Of a stretch of DNA of 64,000 nt, positions 19,371 to 29,230 are shown one piece after another. Origin of the DNA: a virus. The notes under the pieces were generated by a model that worked only from the letters and a program-made list of their open reading frames with translations, did not search any database and was not told where the DNA came from. Each line of letters opens with the position of its first letter. Position 1 is the stretch's first letter. The DNA lies in IMG/VR virus record IMGVR_UViG_3300032397_000002, positions 1,579-65,578 of that record; one strand, given 5' to 3'. A program made the position numbers and the translations under genes.

Positions 19371-20153
19371 TTATTTTCCAGAGAACTGCCTGTCGAGATT
19401 TGCTACAGCCACCATGGCCTGCTGCCTTGCTGTTTGAGCCGAGAAGTTTTCAATCGCGGCTTTCCCCACGGGTGTAGGAAAGGGTTTGACGCCCACAGGT
19501 TGTGCCTGGGGAGTGATGTCCATCTTGACTTCACGGCCATCTTCAGTTGTGACCGTCTTGAAGACCTTTTCTTGCTTCTTTCCACGGCCCCTGGGAGCCG
19601 CCGGGGCGGGGCTCCTGACGGTACGAGTGGTCTCAGCCTCAACAGAGGGAGCCGGACGAACGATTTTCTTCAGGGTGGGCTCACGAGCCGGAGCCTTGGG
19701 CTTCGCCGGTGCCTGAAGGGGCTTGGCGTCAAGGATTTCCGGCTTCTTGAGGACCTTTGCTGCAAGCGCCTTGAGTGCCGAGACGACCTCGGGCTGGGCC
19801 AGGGTTCTGATGGCCAGAATCTCTGCATCCGTGAACTGAGACAGCATCGGCTCCGGCTTCTTCTCTGCAGCACCCACGCCTACGAGGAGGGCCATCCGAC
19901 TGCGGACGAACTCTCGTATCTCACCCTCAACACGGTCTGCAACCTCAACGTTGGGAGGGTCGTTGAAGATGGTGTCCTGAAGGACAAGGCGGTAGTACTG
20001 TGCCATCTCCAGGCGCTTCTCAACCTCGGACATCTGGTCATCAAGGTCCTGGGCAGACGTCTGCTGGACCTGAGGACGAACAGGGGCCTGAGACTCTTCT
20101 TCGGTCTCGTCAATCACCCCTGAAATGTCATCGTCGTCAAAATCCATTGGCAT
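19371..20153 (-). CDS. Hypothetical protein
   Basis: GGAG SD and upstream promoter. Confidence 0.65.
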   Translation of the reverse strand: MPMDFDDDDISGVIDETEEESQAPVRPQVQQTSAQDLDDQMSEVEKRLEMAQYYRLVLQDTIFNDPPNVEVADRVEGEIREFVRSRMALLVGVGAAEKKPEPMLSQFTDAEILAIRTLAQPEVVSALKALAAKVLKKPEILDAKPLQAPAKPKAPAREPTLKKIVRPAPSVEAETTRTVRSPAPAAPRGRGKKQEKVFKTVTTEDGREVKMDITPQAQPVGVKPFPTPVGKAAIENFSAQTARQQAMVAVANLDRQFSGK

Positions 20154-20165
20154 AATGTAACTCCA

Positions 20166-20193
20166 ATTCTAGCACTTGCAAAAAGCGTGTCAA
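20166..20193 (-). promoter_or_regulatory. Sigma70-type promoter
   Basis: TTGACA-N16-TAGAAT. Confidence 0.6.
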
Positions 20194-20648
20194 GCGACCC
20201 CGGTACTTCCGAGGCCGCCGGTCCCGCGCTCCGTCTCAGACAGCTCGCTGGCATCCTCAATGGCTGCAACAGGGACCTTCGCCAGAACCAGCTGAGCAAT
20301 GCGGTCGCCCTTGTTGACAGCAAATGCCGATGGGCCCAGGTTGACGAGGATGACCTTGATTTCACCTCGGTAGTCGCTGTCGATGGTGCCGGGGGCATTC
20401 AAGACGGTGACACCAAATTTGGCCGCCAAGCCAGAGCGTGGACGAACCTGCAGCTCGTAACCGGAGGGGATCTCCACACTGAGGCCGGTAGCCACAGCTG
20501 CCCAGGTCCCGGTACCCAGGCTGACGTCCACAGAGGAGCGAATGTCCATGCCGGCTGCGCCGGCGGTGGCGTACTCGGGGAGAGCTGCCTGTGGGTCAAG
20601 GCGCTTGAAGCGAAGAACGGTAGATTGGTACAGTTTGTTTTTGCTCAT
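20190..20648 (-). CDS. dut: dUTPase (trimeric)
   Basis: [36 protein letters not shown]. Confidence 0.96.
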   Translation of the reverse strand: MSKNKLYQSTVLRFKRLDPQAALPEYATAGAAGMDIRSSVDVSLGTGTWAAVATGLSVEIPSGYELQVRPRSGLAAKFGVTVLNAPGTIDSDYRGEIKVILVNLGPSAFAVNKGDRIAQLVLAKVPVAAIEDASELSETERGTGGLGSTGVA

Positions 20649-20655
20649 GATTTCC

Positions 20656-22521
20656 TCACTTCACGGGGCAGGCACCGCCTGCACATTCGGCTCCATCCAG
20701 TTCAGCTCCGGCCTGGACAGCATCCATGTCCAAAGGTCGCACCTTCTCGGAGAGTCTACCATACTGCTCTTCGGTAATCGCCTCCTTGGGGGCCTGCTTG
20801 AAGCCGTGGTCCCCGTGGCAGAGGAAACTGATGGTCTTGAGGTTCTTGAGGTTCTCGGCCAGCCAGACCTTAAGCTGAGGGATTTCCTCGCGCTTGTAGT
20901 ACACGGTCACCGAGACGCTTTGGTCTGCCCAGTGCTTCTGGGCCATCTTCAAGACGTCCAGCTGCTTCCAGGTGTCCCAGTCACGGTCAGCCACGGGGGC
21001 ACCGGCGGGGGCGCTCTCGTAGAAGTCGACCACGACGGTGTTGTGGTCCAGAGTGTTGTCGAACCGCACCACAGGCTCGATGTGGTGCCCTGAGGCGGCC
21101 AGGAGGGGGATGAGGGGGTCGTTGGCCGCGAAGCGAATCCGTTGGATGTAGAACTGGCTGTAGGCTGCGTGGATACCCTCGTAGCCGTGCATATCCAGAA
21201 CCTTCGACATGGTACCGCTGGGCTTGACGACGGTCGTGCGGATCGACTCGTTGACACCACGGGCCTTACTGTAGACCCGGTTCTCATCCTGGATGGCCGC
21301 GTAGACCCGGTCCAATGGGTCAGGAGCAAACAATGGGCTCTGGAGGCAGCCGGTGATGCCGGTACCAATGCGCATGTTACGCTTCACGACCTCATCACAC
21401 TTCTCGATGTGGTAGCGCTCCATGGCGACCCGCTTTCCCCAGCGGTGCATCAACCGAGCAGCCTCCTCGAACTCCTCGATGCTGTCGAGATTGGGGAGGG
21501 CGATTTCCTGCAGGTTGCACGGCTCCCCATCTTCGAGAGTGGCTTCGGCGCAGGGGTTGACGCCGATGGCGGTGTCCTTCTTCTTCTCGCCCATGCGGCC
21601 GTAGGTCTGGATGTTGGTACGGTTCACGAGGCCGAATGGCTCCCCTTGCTCGTAGGTCTTCCAGAAGAGGGGGTGCAGGTCTTCGATGTCGTCACAGACC
21701 ACCGAGAGATTCGCCATCGCCCGTTGGGTGGGCACAGGTCCCAGGTCCCAGCGCTTCGCCTTGAGGTAGTCCTTGTCGAAGGCATCGCCCAAGATGATGA
21801 TGGCAGACCGGCGAACATTGCCGGCCACGACCATCTCACCGATGCTGCAGAGGATGTCCATGGCATCGACCGGCCGGAGCTGACGACCCTCACGTGAGGT
21901 GAGCAGGGTTGAAAGCTTCTCGACCAACGTGATGAGCGGGAATGGTCCAGATGCAGTGCCGCCAAAGCCATTGATGCGTTCACCAGCCCCACGAATGCAG
22001 ACGGTGCTGTACTCGAAGCTCTTGCCGGTGACGAAGAAGGCCTCCAAGGTGCGGCGAATCAGCTCGCACCAGCCCTCACGGCTGTCAGGCACGATGAACG
22101 AGGCATCCTTGGTAGCCTTGTGCCGGATGACGACCCCCTTGCGAATCTTGGGGAGCTTGGAGGTGAACTTGTGTTCAACGCTCATTCCAACGCCACCACC
22201 AAGCATCAGGAGGTCTTGGGCGATGATGAAGTTCATCCAGTCGTCGCTGGTTACGAACCAGCAGTTGTTCAGGGCCACCCCACCCAGGATGGTCTGGGCC
22301 GGCGCACCACTGAACCACCAGCCACGGCCAGCAGGCCCGGCCTTGCGGTTCGACAGGAAGTACTCCAGGCGCTCAATCTCTTTCTTGCTGACGTCGTGAC
22401 CACGTACATTGCCAGCGATGACACGCTCCACGGTCTGAGGGAAGGTCTCCAAGACACCACCGTCCTTGCGGGCGTAGGTTCTCTTGAAGACGACGCGGGC
22501 GAGATTGGACCAGTCTTTCAC
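20656..22521 (-). CDS. nrdJ: Class II (adenosylcobalamin-dependent) ribonucleotide reductase
   Basis: NNCWF, GNVRRSA, NPCAE, CNL, KPSGT, C-terminal CAGGACP. Confidence 0.92.
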   Translation of the reverse strand: MKDWSNLARVVFKRTYARKDGGVLETFPQTVERVIAGNVRGHDVSKKEIERLEYFLSNRKAGPAGRGWWFSGAPAQTILGGVALNNCWFVTSDDWMNFIIAQDLLMLGGGVGMSVEHKFTSKLPKIRKGVVIRHKATKDASFIVPDSREGWCELIRRTLEAFFVTGKSFEYSTVCIRGAGERINGFGGTASGPFPLITLVEKLSTLLTSREGRQLRPVDAMDILCSIGEMVVAGNVRRSAIIILGDAFDKDYLKAKRWDLGPVPTQRAMANLSVVCDDIEDLHPLFWKTYEQGEPFGLVNRTNIQTYGRMGEKKKDTAIGVNPCAEATLEDGEPCNLQEIALPNLDSIEEFEEAARLMHRWGKRVAMERYHIEKCDEVVKRNMRIGTGITGCLQSPLFAPDPLDRVYAAIQDENRVYSKARGVNESIRTTVVKPSGTMSKVLDMHGYEGIHAAYSQFYIQRIRFAANDPLIPLLAASGHHIEPVVRFDNTLDHNTVVVDFYESAPAGAPVADRDWDTWKQLDVLKMAQKHWADQSVSVTVYYKREEIPQLKVWLAENLKNLKTISFLCHGDHGFKQAPKEAITEEQYGRLSEKVRPLDMDAVQAGAELDGAECAGGACPVK

Positions 22522-22892
22522 TTTTTCTTTCCTTTTGCCTTCTTAGGAACAGCGGGCACTTCTGCTGGCCGCCTGGAGGCGTAGATTCTGAGGTAGGCTG
22601 CAACCCTCTCAGCCCTCTGAATGGTGACACCACGTCCGACGAAGGTGGTGTTGCAACGAAAACACAGTAGCCCTCGGACAAAGAGCTTTCTCTGGTGAGG
22701 TGGAAGTTTCTTCCACCCCTTGACGTGCTCGTGGTCGACACAAAGACGACCGGTGCTGGTCAGCTTCTCGCAAACGTAGCAGACACGACCTTGGCTATCA
22801 GCCAGCTCTTGCCACTCACAGAAGCTGAGCCCGTACCGGTCGAGGGTGCCCTTCTTCGGGACCTGGAGCGGCAACCCCTCCTGCTCTGCCAC
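22518..22892 (-). CDS. Recombination endonuclease VII
   Basis: YGLS, CYVC, VDHEH, VRGLLCFRCN. Confidence 0.88.
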   Translation of the reverse strand: MAEQEGLPLQVPKKGTLDRYGLSFCEWQELADSQGRVCYVCEKLTSTGRLCVDHEHVKGWKKLPPHQRKLFVRGLLCFRCNTTFVGRGVTIQRAERVAAYLRIYASRRPAEVPAVPKKAKGKKK

Positions 22893-22893
22893 T

Positions 22894-23172
22894 TTACACC
22901 TTTCCGCGCGCTTCGAGGATGAAGTGAGCGTACGCGATGCGCAGCTTGTTCATCTTCGTGGCCTCACGGTACTGTTCTCCGGCGAACTTGACTGCCGCCA
23001 TCTTGTCAGCGAGGTCCTGGTCCTTCTTCTTCGCTGCACGGTTCTCGTGCTCGTTGATGGCGACCTCAGAAACTCGGCGCTTGATGTCCTCTTCAGACAT
23101 GCTGTCGATGCTCGTCTTGAAGTCTGAATCGAGGTCTGCAAAGGGGGACTTCTTCTGGAATCCACGTGCCAT
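22894..23172 (-). CDS. Hypothetical protein
   Basis: AGGAG SD; upstream TTGATT-N16-TACAAT. Confidence 0.65.
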   Translation of the reverse strand: MARGFQKKSPFADLDSDFKTSIDSMSEEDIKRRVSEVAINEHENRAAKKKDQDLADKMAAVKFAGEQYREATKMNKLRIAYAHFILEARGKV

Positions 23173-23226
23173 TTGTGCTGCTCCTTGGGTGAACTGATGG
23201 TGATTGTACTACGAACATCGGAAGAA

Positions 23227-23442
23227 TCAAGTGCCGTATTTGACGAGGTCGTAGTCGTGACGAACCTCATCGGCGCCATGGTCGAAAGCAAATTCTGCCA
23301 TCTTGTGGCGAGACTGCTCTTCCACCGGAGACCACTGCATCTCGCCCTCGTTGTCGACCATCCAGAACTTACCTGATCCAGCTGCCGAGGTCTCGTCGGT
23401 GACCTTGATGACCCAGACGCTCTTCACTCTTTTCTGAATCAT
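23227..23442 (-). CDS. Hypothetical protein
   Basis: Coupled to sbcC by an ATGA overlap. Confidence 0.55.
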   Translation of the reverse strand: MIQKRVKSVWVIKVTDETSAAGSGKFWMVDNEGEMQWSPVEEQSRHKMAEFAFDHGADEVRHDYDLVKYGT

Positions 23443-25370
23443 GCGATCTCCGATTTGCCGTCCCTGTAGACGACATCAATGAATTGGCTGAAAAGTTCCT
23501 TGAATTCGGAGTTGTGGTCGATGACAACAACCAGCTTCTCCTGTGCGTACTCACGGAGGACTTCCATGGCGGCCTCTTTGGTGACGTTGCCCTGGCCATT
23601 GAAGCTTTCGTCCAGGAACAAGAAGCCGGGCAAAGAGCCCGTGCGGCGCTGGACTACAGCCATGACGGCGAGGTCGACCTGACCTTCCACACTTGTGTAC
23701 ATGCCCCCACTGAGACCTGAATCGAGACGAGCCTCCTGTCCATTGATGGAGACGATGGGAGTGATGCTGCGCTTGACGGTCCCCTTCTGGGTGGTGACCT
23801 CAGACTTGAACTGGATGGTGACGTGACTGACGTTTGCCAGACGGGCCAGACGCTCGTTGGTCTCAGCCTCGATTTCTTTCAGGACGTCGTCGAAGATGAC
23901 CCCAAGGAACCCCTCTCTTCCCATGAGCGCCACGAAGTCTCGCTCGGCATTCAACTCGGTGCCATACCGCTGGAGCATGGTCTCAGAGCTGGCGATTCTC
24001 GTCTTCACCGTCTCGATGTTCGTTTCCGCAAACTGACGTGCCTGGCGGAGCTTGTAGTTCACGGCCCGGACCATGTTCATCTGCTGTGCGATGCTAGAGA
24101 TGCGCGAATCCACCGAGCTGCGCTCCACTCGAATTCCATTGAGGGTCTGCTGCAGCTCATCGGTGGAGGCGTGAAGTAAGGTCTGCGACCTCTCCTGGAA
24201 CTGGGCGTCGAGCTGAACCTTCAGATTGCGAAGCTTCTCAACAGTGGGGTCAGTGGTGAAGCTGACCCTAAGCTCCGCCTCCAGTTTCACCCTGTCGCCC
24301 TGCTGACGGGACAGAGAAGAGGCGGTGGCTTCAAGATTCTCAATCTGAGACTCGATGGTCTTGGCCTTGGCTGCAGCGTCTTCCCACGCCCTGTTGCAGG
24401 TGGGGCAGTGTCCCGCCACAAGCTTTGCAAGCTGGGTCTGGGCAGCCTCAAGGTCCTTGCGGTAGTTCAGAATCATGGTGTCTCGCTGGGCGATGTCCAT
24501 GAGCTTCTTCCTGAGAACCTCCTGACCTGCTCTGAACTCCTTCTCACGGGCCTGTTGGGCCTCCAAAACCTGCTGGTACTGGGCTTTGGCCGCCTCGATG
24601 TAGCCAGCCAGCTTCACAAGCTCTGGGTTGTCCTTGACCTGGGCCTTCTTCCCCTGCGCCTGTGCCAAGACCTCCTTCTCGCGGGCCTCCAGCTCGGTGC
24701 GCTGGCGATCTACGACAAGAAACTCCTCCCTGAGAGCTGCATCGCTCTCCGGGGCCGGGAATTCCTGGGTTTGAAAGGTCTCCAAATCCTTGCGAGCTGA
24801 AGCCAGGGAGGCTTCCTCGGTGTCCACAGTTGGTTTCAGGGCCTTGACGCGCTCCTCCGCCTTGTCTACGGCCTGTTCGATGTTCACCAAGCCAAGTAGG
24901 CGTGTCAGAAACTCCTTTTTCTCGCTGTCGGTGAGGCTCAGGAACAAACCCTTGGTGTTCTGGGCTCGGTAGGTGATGGCTCTGAGGGTATCGGAGTCAA
25001 GCCCGAAGATGTTTCGAAGCTCCTCTGCAATGGCCTTGGCGCTGGTGACGGTCTTCTCGCCAATCTTGATGGAGTTTTTCTTGCCACGGCTGATTACAAC
25101 CGTCTGACCTTTGACATCCAGGGCCAGTTGGACCTGCATCGGCTCCTCGGTCAGCCAGCTCTGCAGCTCGGAAGCGGGGAATGGGCAGATGTCCAGGGCG
25201 TAGGCCACTGCGAGAAGAATAGTGGACTTGCCGGTGCCGCTTGGGTCTTGATTGGTGAGGTTCTTGCCCCGTATCAAGAGCAGGCCACTTGGCGGGAACT
25301 CGATTTTCGCTTCTTCGGCGAAGCTTCGAAAGGCGCGAAGCTTCAACCAATGTAGCCTGACCATGCTCAT
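23439..25370 (-). CDS. SbcC/Rad50/gp46-like ATPase
   Basis: FRSF, GTGKST, Zn hook CPTC, LSGG, LFLDE, IDH. Confidence 0.92.
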   Translation of the reverse strand: MSMVRLHWLKLRAFRSFAEEAKIEFPPSGLLLIRGKNLTNQDPSGTGKSTILLAVAYALDICPFPASELQSWLTEEPMQVQLALDVKGQTVVISRGKKNSIKIGEKTVTSAKAIAEELRNIFGLDSDTLRAITYRAQNTKGLFLSLTDSEKKEFLTRLLGLVNIEQAVDKAEERVKALKPTVDTEEASLASARKDLETFQTQEFPAPESDAALREEFLVVDRQRTELEAREKEVLAQAQGKKAQVKDNPELVKLAGYIEAAKAQYQQVLEAQQAREKEFRAGQEVLRKKLMDIAQRDTMILNYRKDLEAAQTQLAKLVAGHCPTCNRAWEDAAAKAKTIESQIENLEATASSLSRQQGDRVKLEAELRVSFTTDPTVEKLRNLKVQLDAQFQERSQTLLHASTDELQQTLNGIRVERSSVDSRISSIAQQMNMVRAVNYKLRQARQFAETNIETVKTRIASSETMLQRYGTELNAERDFVALMGREGFLGVIFDDVLKEIEAETNERLARLANVSHVTIQFKSEVTTQKGTVKRSITPIVSINGQEARLDSGLSGGMYTSVEGQVDLAVMAVVQRRTGSLPGFLFLDESFNGQGNVTKEAAMEVLREYAQEKLVVVIDHNSEFKELFSQFIDVVYRDGKSEIA

Positions 25371-25618
25371 ATGATGTCATCTTCTGGCTTGGTTGTCGAG
25401 CGCTCCTTGACAATCTCGTCAATGTCCGCAAGTTGCTCAACTTTCTTGGGCATGAAGCCGTTGTCTCGCACCTCTACGATTCGAGAGGTAGGCCCCTTGC
25501 CTGTGTACTCAGCTGCCTTGCCACACTTCGGGCAAGGCTTCTTGTGCTCGGTGAGATGGGGCAGGACCTTCCGAAAGTCTTCGCCACATTCAGGGCACTT
25601 GAAGTTGTAGATTGGCAT
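25367..25618 (-). CDS. FmdB-family zinc-ribbon protein
   Basis: MPIYNFKCPECG...CPKCG. Confidence 0.85.
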   Translation of the reverse strand: MPIYNFKCPECGEDFRKVLPHLTEHKKPCPKCGKAAEYTGKGPTSRIVEVRDNGFMPKKVEQLADIDEIVKERSTTKPEDDII

Positions 25619-26309
25619 CGATTCTCCTCTCAAGTTCGGACCAATCTGCCTCTTGCATACCGACGTCGTACCGGGGGCAGATGAGGTGGTCCTGACCTTC
25701 GTAGTCAAAGCTGGTGTGCATGTCGTCGAGGATGACGTAGTGGCCGTTGTAGGGCCTAGCCTTTAGCCAAGCTTGGATAGACTCCCAGCGACTGGGTTCG
25801 GAGATGGGGGTGACGCCAAGGAATCTGTGGTGCAGTGCATCTTCCATCTCCAAGAAGCCCCAGAGGTCCTCTTCGCTGTAGGTGCTGGACATCCGCCAGC
25901 TGCTATGAATCACGACGTAGAGATTCGGGTACCTGATGAGGTACTCGCGCAACCTCTTGGCACCATCGAAAGTCGGCAGTGCTCCAGAGTGGAGTGGGTG
26001 CAAGACACCATCGAAGTCGAGGAACAAGACCGTTGACGGGCCTGGGCATGATGGAATTTCAAGGCCCTTGCTCACACATCCAGTTCCACAACAAGTCTTA
26101 CACTCACCCACATGCCCATTCCCATCGAACATCTCGATTGGTCCAATCCCGTGTCCCCCACATGAGGGACAATCCGTAAAGGCATCATCCAGCTCGTAGG
26201 GGTCATCGAGACCGCAGTCGAGGCAGTAGTTGCCAGGCCAACTCAGCTTCCAACGATGATTACGGTCTTTCGTCGGCTTCGTTGATGTTGGCGTTTCGGA
26301 TGAACTCAT
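25590..26309 (-). CDS. HAD phosphatase (Swiss-Army-knife RNA-repair type) with N-terminal CxxCxGxG Zn finger
   Basis: LFLDFDGVL, SSWR, ILDD; start uncertain. Confidence 0.75.
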   Translation of the reverse strand: MSSSETPTSTKPTKDRNHRWKLSWPGNYCLDCGLDDPYELDDAFTDCPSCGGHGIGPIEMFDGNGHVGECKTCCGTGCVSKGLEIPSCPGPSTVLFLDFDGVLHPLHSGALPTFDGAKRLREYLIRYPNLYVVIHSSWRMSSTYSEEDLWGFLEMEDALHHRFLGVTPISEPSRWESIQAWLKARPYNGHYVILDDMHTSFDYEGQDHLICPRYDVGMQEADWSELERRIDANLQLQVP

Positions 26310-28002
26310 TTGTGTCCCTGGCTTCCTGTCGCTCAAGCGACGAATCTCGTCTGAAGACGACCGTACCACCACATGTACCCAGAAGGGAAGCGATACTGAT
26401 GGAATTTCGCAGGGCTTCGAGGACGGCTGGGAGTGAGTCTAGCACACCCCCAACGAAGGGGTCGACGAATTCGCCTTCGAGGATGTCAAAGACAACCGGA
26501 ACCTCTGAATCCCGAATGCGATCCATGATGGGGAGAAGTTCATCGTCGTGGTACCCAGCGTTGTAGAAAAGTCTCTTGACTGGCACAGCCAGGCTGAAGC
26601 CAAGAACCTCTCGAAGGATGGGGTCGTCCGACAGGAGCTTTTGGAGCTGAAGGAGGGTCCATCCACCACCTGGAAGGGCACCGTTCTTGAGGGTGCCACG
26701 GACTGCACAGATGGCGTCTTCGGCGCGGTCGCGCTTCTCGCGAAGCTCGCCGGCGGAGGCTCCAACGATTTTCAGCTTGGCGATGCCACCGGTGATTTTC
26801 CCGAGGCGCTCCTGGACGATGTTGGTCCCCTGGATGGACAGTGAACCAGAGTTCAAGAGCTGCTTCAGTTGGTCCACACGCTCCAAAATGAGCAGCTCCT
26901 CTCGGAAGCCCAGGACGGTGGAACGGAAGCGCCCAGCTTCAAAAGAGTCGCTTGTTCCCAGCTGCGCAATTTCTGCGTTCTCCAGAGGTGCGTTGAGTGG
27001 GTCAAAGATGGCTCCACCAGTCAGGGCAGCCAGGTCGCCAAGGAAGTCATACTGGCCGGTCTGCATGGGGCTCATTGGAGCCGCCAAGGGGTAGATGTTC
27101 GGAGTGCGCCCATCCTGGAAGTTCGTCGCCAGGTGGGCAAGAACGGTCTCCGAAAACCCAGTGGCAACCAAAACGACGTTGTGGCTGCAAAGCCCGTTGG
27201 CAGCCGCATCTCCAATCTTCTCGAAGAGGGTCAGTGCCGTGTAGATGTCGGACAAACGACCATGGTAGAGCACATAGAGAGGCTTCTCCAGCGAGCACAT
27301 CTGGCGACCTGGGTCATTGATGAAGGCTTGGTAGAACTTTCCACAGCTCTCTTCGTACCCTGCCCCGATGGGGTAGCCGTCCAGGTGTTCCACCTCGTAG
27401 TGGCTTGGGCCGCTTGCCTCAATGAGGGTCACGTTGCCGTCGTCACCACAGAGGTCGAAGCACCTCAGGACAGCGTCAGCCAGCTCAACATCGCCGTTGG
27501 CACTGATTTTCGCCACAGAACGAAGAATCTCTCGGCCCTTGCCAAGGTTGGCGGGCTTGGCCTGGGCGCGGATGGCCGGCTCCAAAATCTGCTTGAAGCT
27601 CTTTTCCAGGGCTCGGACCACCCGTTGAGGGCTGACCTTCGGGTTGCGGTCGCAGTACTCCGTGGTGTAGCGAACAAGCGCCTCAGCCAGGATGGTGGCG
27701 GTGGTGGTGCCGTCACCAGCTTCAGCTGCAGTGCGGACGGCCGCATCCCTGGCAGCCTCCATGATGACGTGGGCGGCTGAGTCATCAAAGCCAAGGTTGC
27801 GAAAAACGGTCACACCATCCTTGGTAATCATCGGTGGGAGGCGCTCTTCCTGGCGCTCAATCACCACCGACATGCCACCAGGACCAAGGGTGGACCCAAC
27901 CACCTCAGAACAGGTCTTCATGGTCTGAAGGATGAGCTTCCGAAGCGCAGGGCCCCTACTCAGAATCTCCTTGCTGACGGACTTGACTTTCGAGTATTGC
28001 AT
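26260..28002 (-). CDS. groEL: GroEL-like chaperonin
   Basis: TLGPGG, ITKDGVTV, AGDGTTTATILA, ISANGD, PGGG. Confidence 0.93.
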   Translation of the reverse strand: MQYSKVKSVSKEILSRGPALRKLILQTMKTCSEVVGSTLGPGGMSVVIERQEERLPPMITKDGVTVFRNLGFDDSAAHVIMEAARDAAVRTAAEAGDGTTTATILAEALVRYTTEYCDRNPKVSPQRVVRALEKSFKQILEPAIRAQAKPANLGKGREILRSVAKISANGDVELADAVLRCFDLCGDDGNVTLIEASGPSHYEVEHLDGYPIGAGYEESCGKFYQAFINDPGRQMCSLEKPLYVLYHGRLSDIYTALTLFEKIGDAAANGLCSHNVVLVATGFSETVLAHLATNFQDGRTPNIYPLAAPMSPMQTGQYDFLGDLAALTGGAIFDPLNAPLENAEIAQLGTSDSFEAGRFRSTVLGFREELLILERVDQLKQLLNSGSLSIQGTNIVQERLGKITGGIAKLKIVGASAGELREKRDRAEDAICAVRGTLKNGALPGGGWTLLQLQKLLSDDPILREVLGFSLAVPVKRLFYNAGYHDDELLPIMDRIRDSEVPVVFDILEGEFVDPFVGGVLDSLPAVLEALRNSISIASLLGTCGGTVVFRRDSSLERQEARDTNEFIRNANINEADERP

Positions 28003-28282
28003 TTTGCCCCTTCTCCGTGACGATGGCGATTCTGTAGTTCACCCATTTGCCGCCAATCTGTTGGCGCTTGGTTTCAACGGCTATCATACCATCTTCCCGA
28101 AGCACTTTGAGATGCTTGCGGACCATCCTGGGCTTCAAGCCCATCCGAGCACCAAAGGTCTTGTCGGTACCGTAGCTGTCAGCTTCTACGAGAGCGAGAA
28201 GCACCTCACGCTGACGCGCCCCCATGACACATCGAGTCATGGCGAGGTTGCGGCGATGTGTGGCAGACAGCTGTCTTTTCAA
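27956..28282 (-). CDS. Winged-helix DNA-binding protein
   Basis: FGARMGLKPRMVRKHLKVLREDGMI...VTEKG; start uncertain. Confidence 0.6.
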   Translation of the reverse strand: MKRQLSATHRRNLAMTRCVMGARQREVLLALVEADSYGTDKTFGARMGLKPRMVRKHLKVLREDGMIAVETKRQQIGGKWVNYRIAIVTEKGQNAILESQVRQQGDSE

Positions 28283-28323
28283 GTGAACGCTCGGATTTTA
28301 CCATATCGGCATGTGGGAGCTTC

Positions 28324-28480
28324 TGTCAAGTGCCGTTCAGCAGCACTCCTGGGTGACCCCGGCTGCTAAGTGCCGTTCACGGTCCATGCTGCTAAGTGCC
28401 GTTCAGTAGCACTCTCAAAGTGGCATTTAGCAGGCCTGTCAAGTGCCACTTTGAAGGGATTCTCTGCTAAGTGCCGTTCA
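28324..28480. repeat. Iteron/operator-like repeat array at the transcription strand switch
   Basis: AAGTGCCGTTCA at 28328, 28368, 28394 and 28469; variant inverted pair at 28416-28426 / 28444-28454; AT-rich tract 28501-28552. Confidence 0.85.
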
Positions 28481-28639
28481 CGTACGCTACGCGAGAGCGC
28501 TTCTTTACATGTTGTAGATCTATTAGTTAATAGGTGAGTTTTTGAGGTTTTTCTGCGGCCGAGTTCTTGATCCATGGTTTTTGGCGCTCCGCGCCCAGGC
28601 TCTTGTGCGTGAAAACCTGGGCCGTGGTAAACTGCCTTC

Positions 28640-29224
28640 ATGCTTTTCAACTTCCTCGGTTGCCCTCAGAGCGGTAAGACTACCACAGCCGCAATGACCT
28701 TTGCTTCTCTCAAAGAAACTGGAATCATTGCTGAGTTCAGCTCTGAGCAGGCAAGAGTCTACATTGCACACAAGAGAGTACTTCTTGGTTTGAAACCAGA
28801 AGACCACCTGCAGCTCTCTGACAAAGACCAGCTTGACATCATGGGGAGACAGCTGGAGATTGATGAGACCCTGGTGAAGTCTTGTGGACCTGATGTCATC
28901 ATCATCAGTGACAGTTCACCTCTGAATTCAGTACTTTACATGAGTCACGAGTGTAGATGTCGACCTGAAGTCATGGACATGGTGAAGCACAGCCTGTCTC
29001 TGACGACAACCAGCTTCTACATGCACCCCATCTATCGCGGATGGTCCAACCAGAGGGACCCCAACAGAATTCACGACTACAGCCAGAGTCAGGAAATCGA
29101 CTTGCTGATCCCCAAGCTCCTGGCAGAGCTTCCAGAGCTGAACTTGAAAACGGTTCCAGTCTTTGGTACAACCACTGAGAGGCTCTTGATGGTCAAGGAC
29201 CGGATGTTCTTTCGGAGAAGCTGA
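28640..29224 (+). CDS. P-loop NTPase/kinase (AAA_28/NadR-like)
   Basis: GCPQSGKTT, ISDSSPL. Confidence 0.75.
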   Translation: MLFNFLGCPQSGKTTTAAMTFASLKETGIIAEFSSEQARVYIAHKRVLLGLKPEDHLQLSDKDQLDIMGRQLEIDETLVKSCGPDVIIISDSSPLNSVLYMSHECRCRPEVMDMVKHSLSLTTTSFYMHPIYRGWSNQRDPNRIHDYSQSQEIDLLIPKLLAELPELNLKTVPVFGTTTERLLMVKDRMFFRRS

Positions 29225-29230
29225 CCCTTG

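Noticed and set aside
28324-28480. CRISPR array
   Set aside because: Repeats are only 12-17 bp, irregularly spaced and partly inverted, and no cas genes are present
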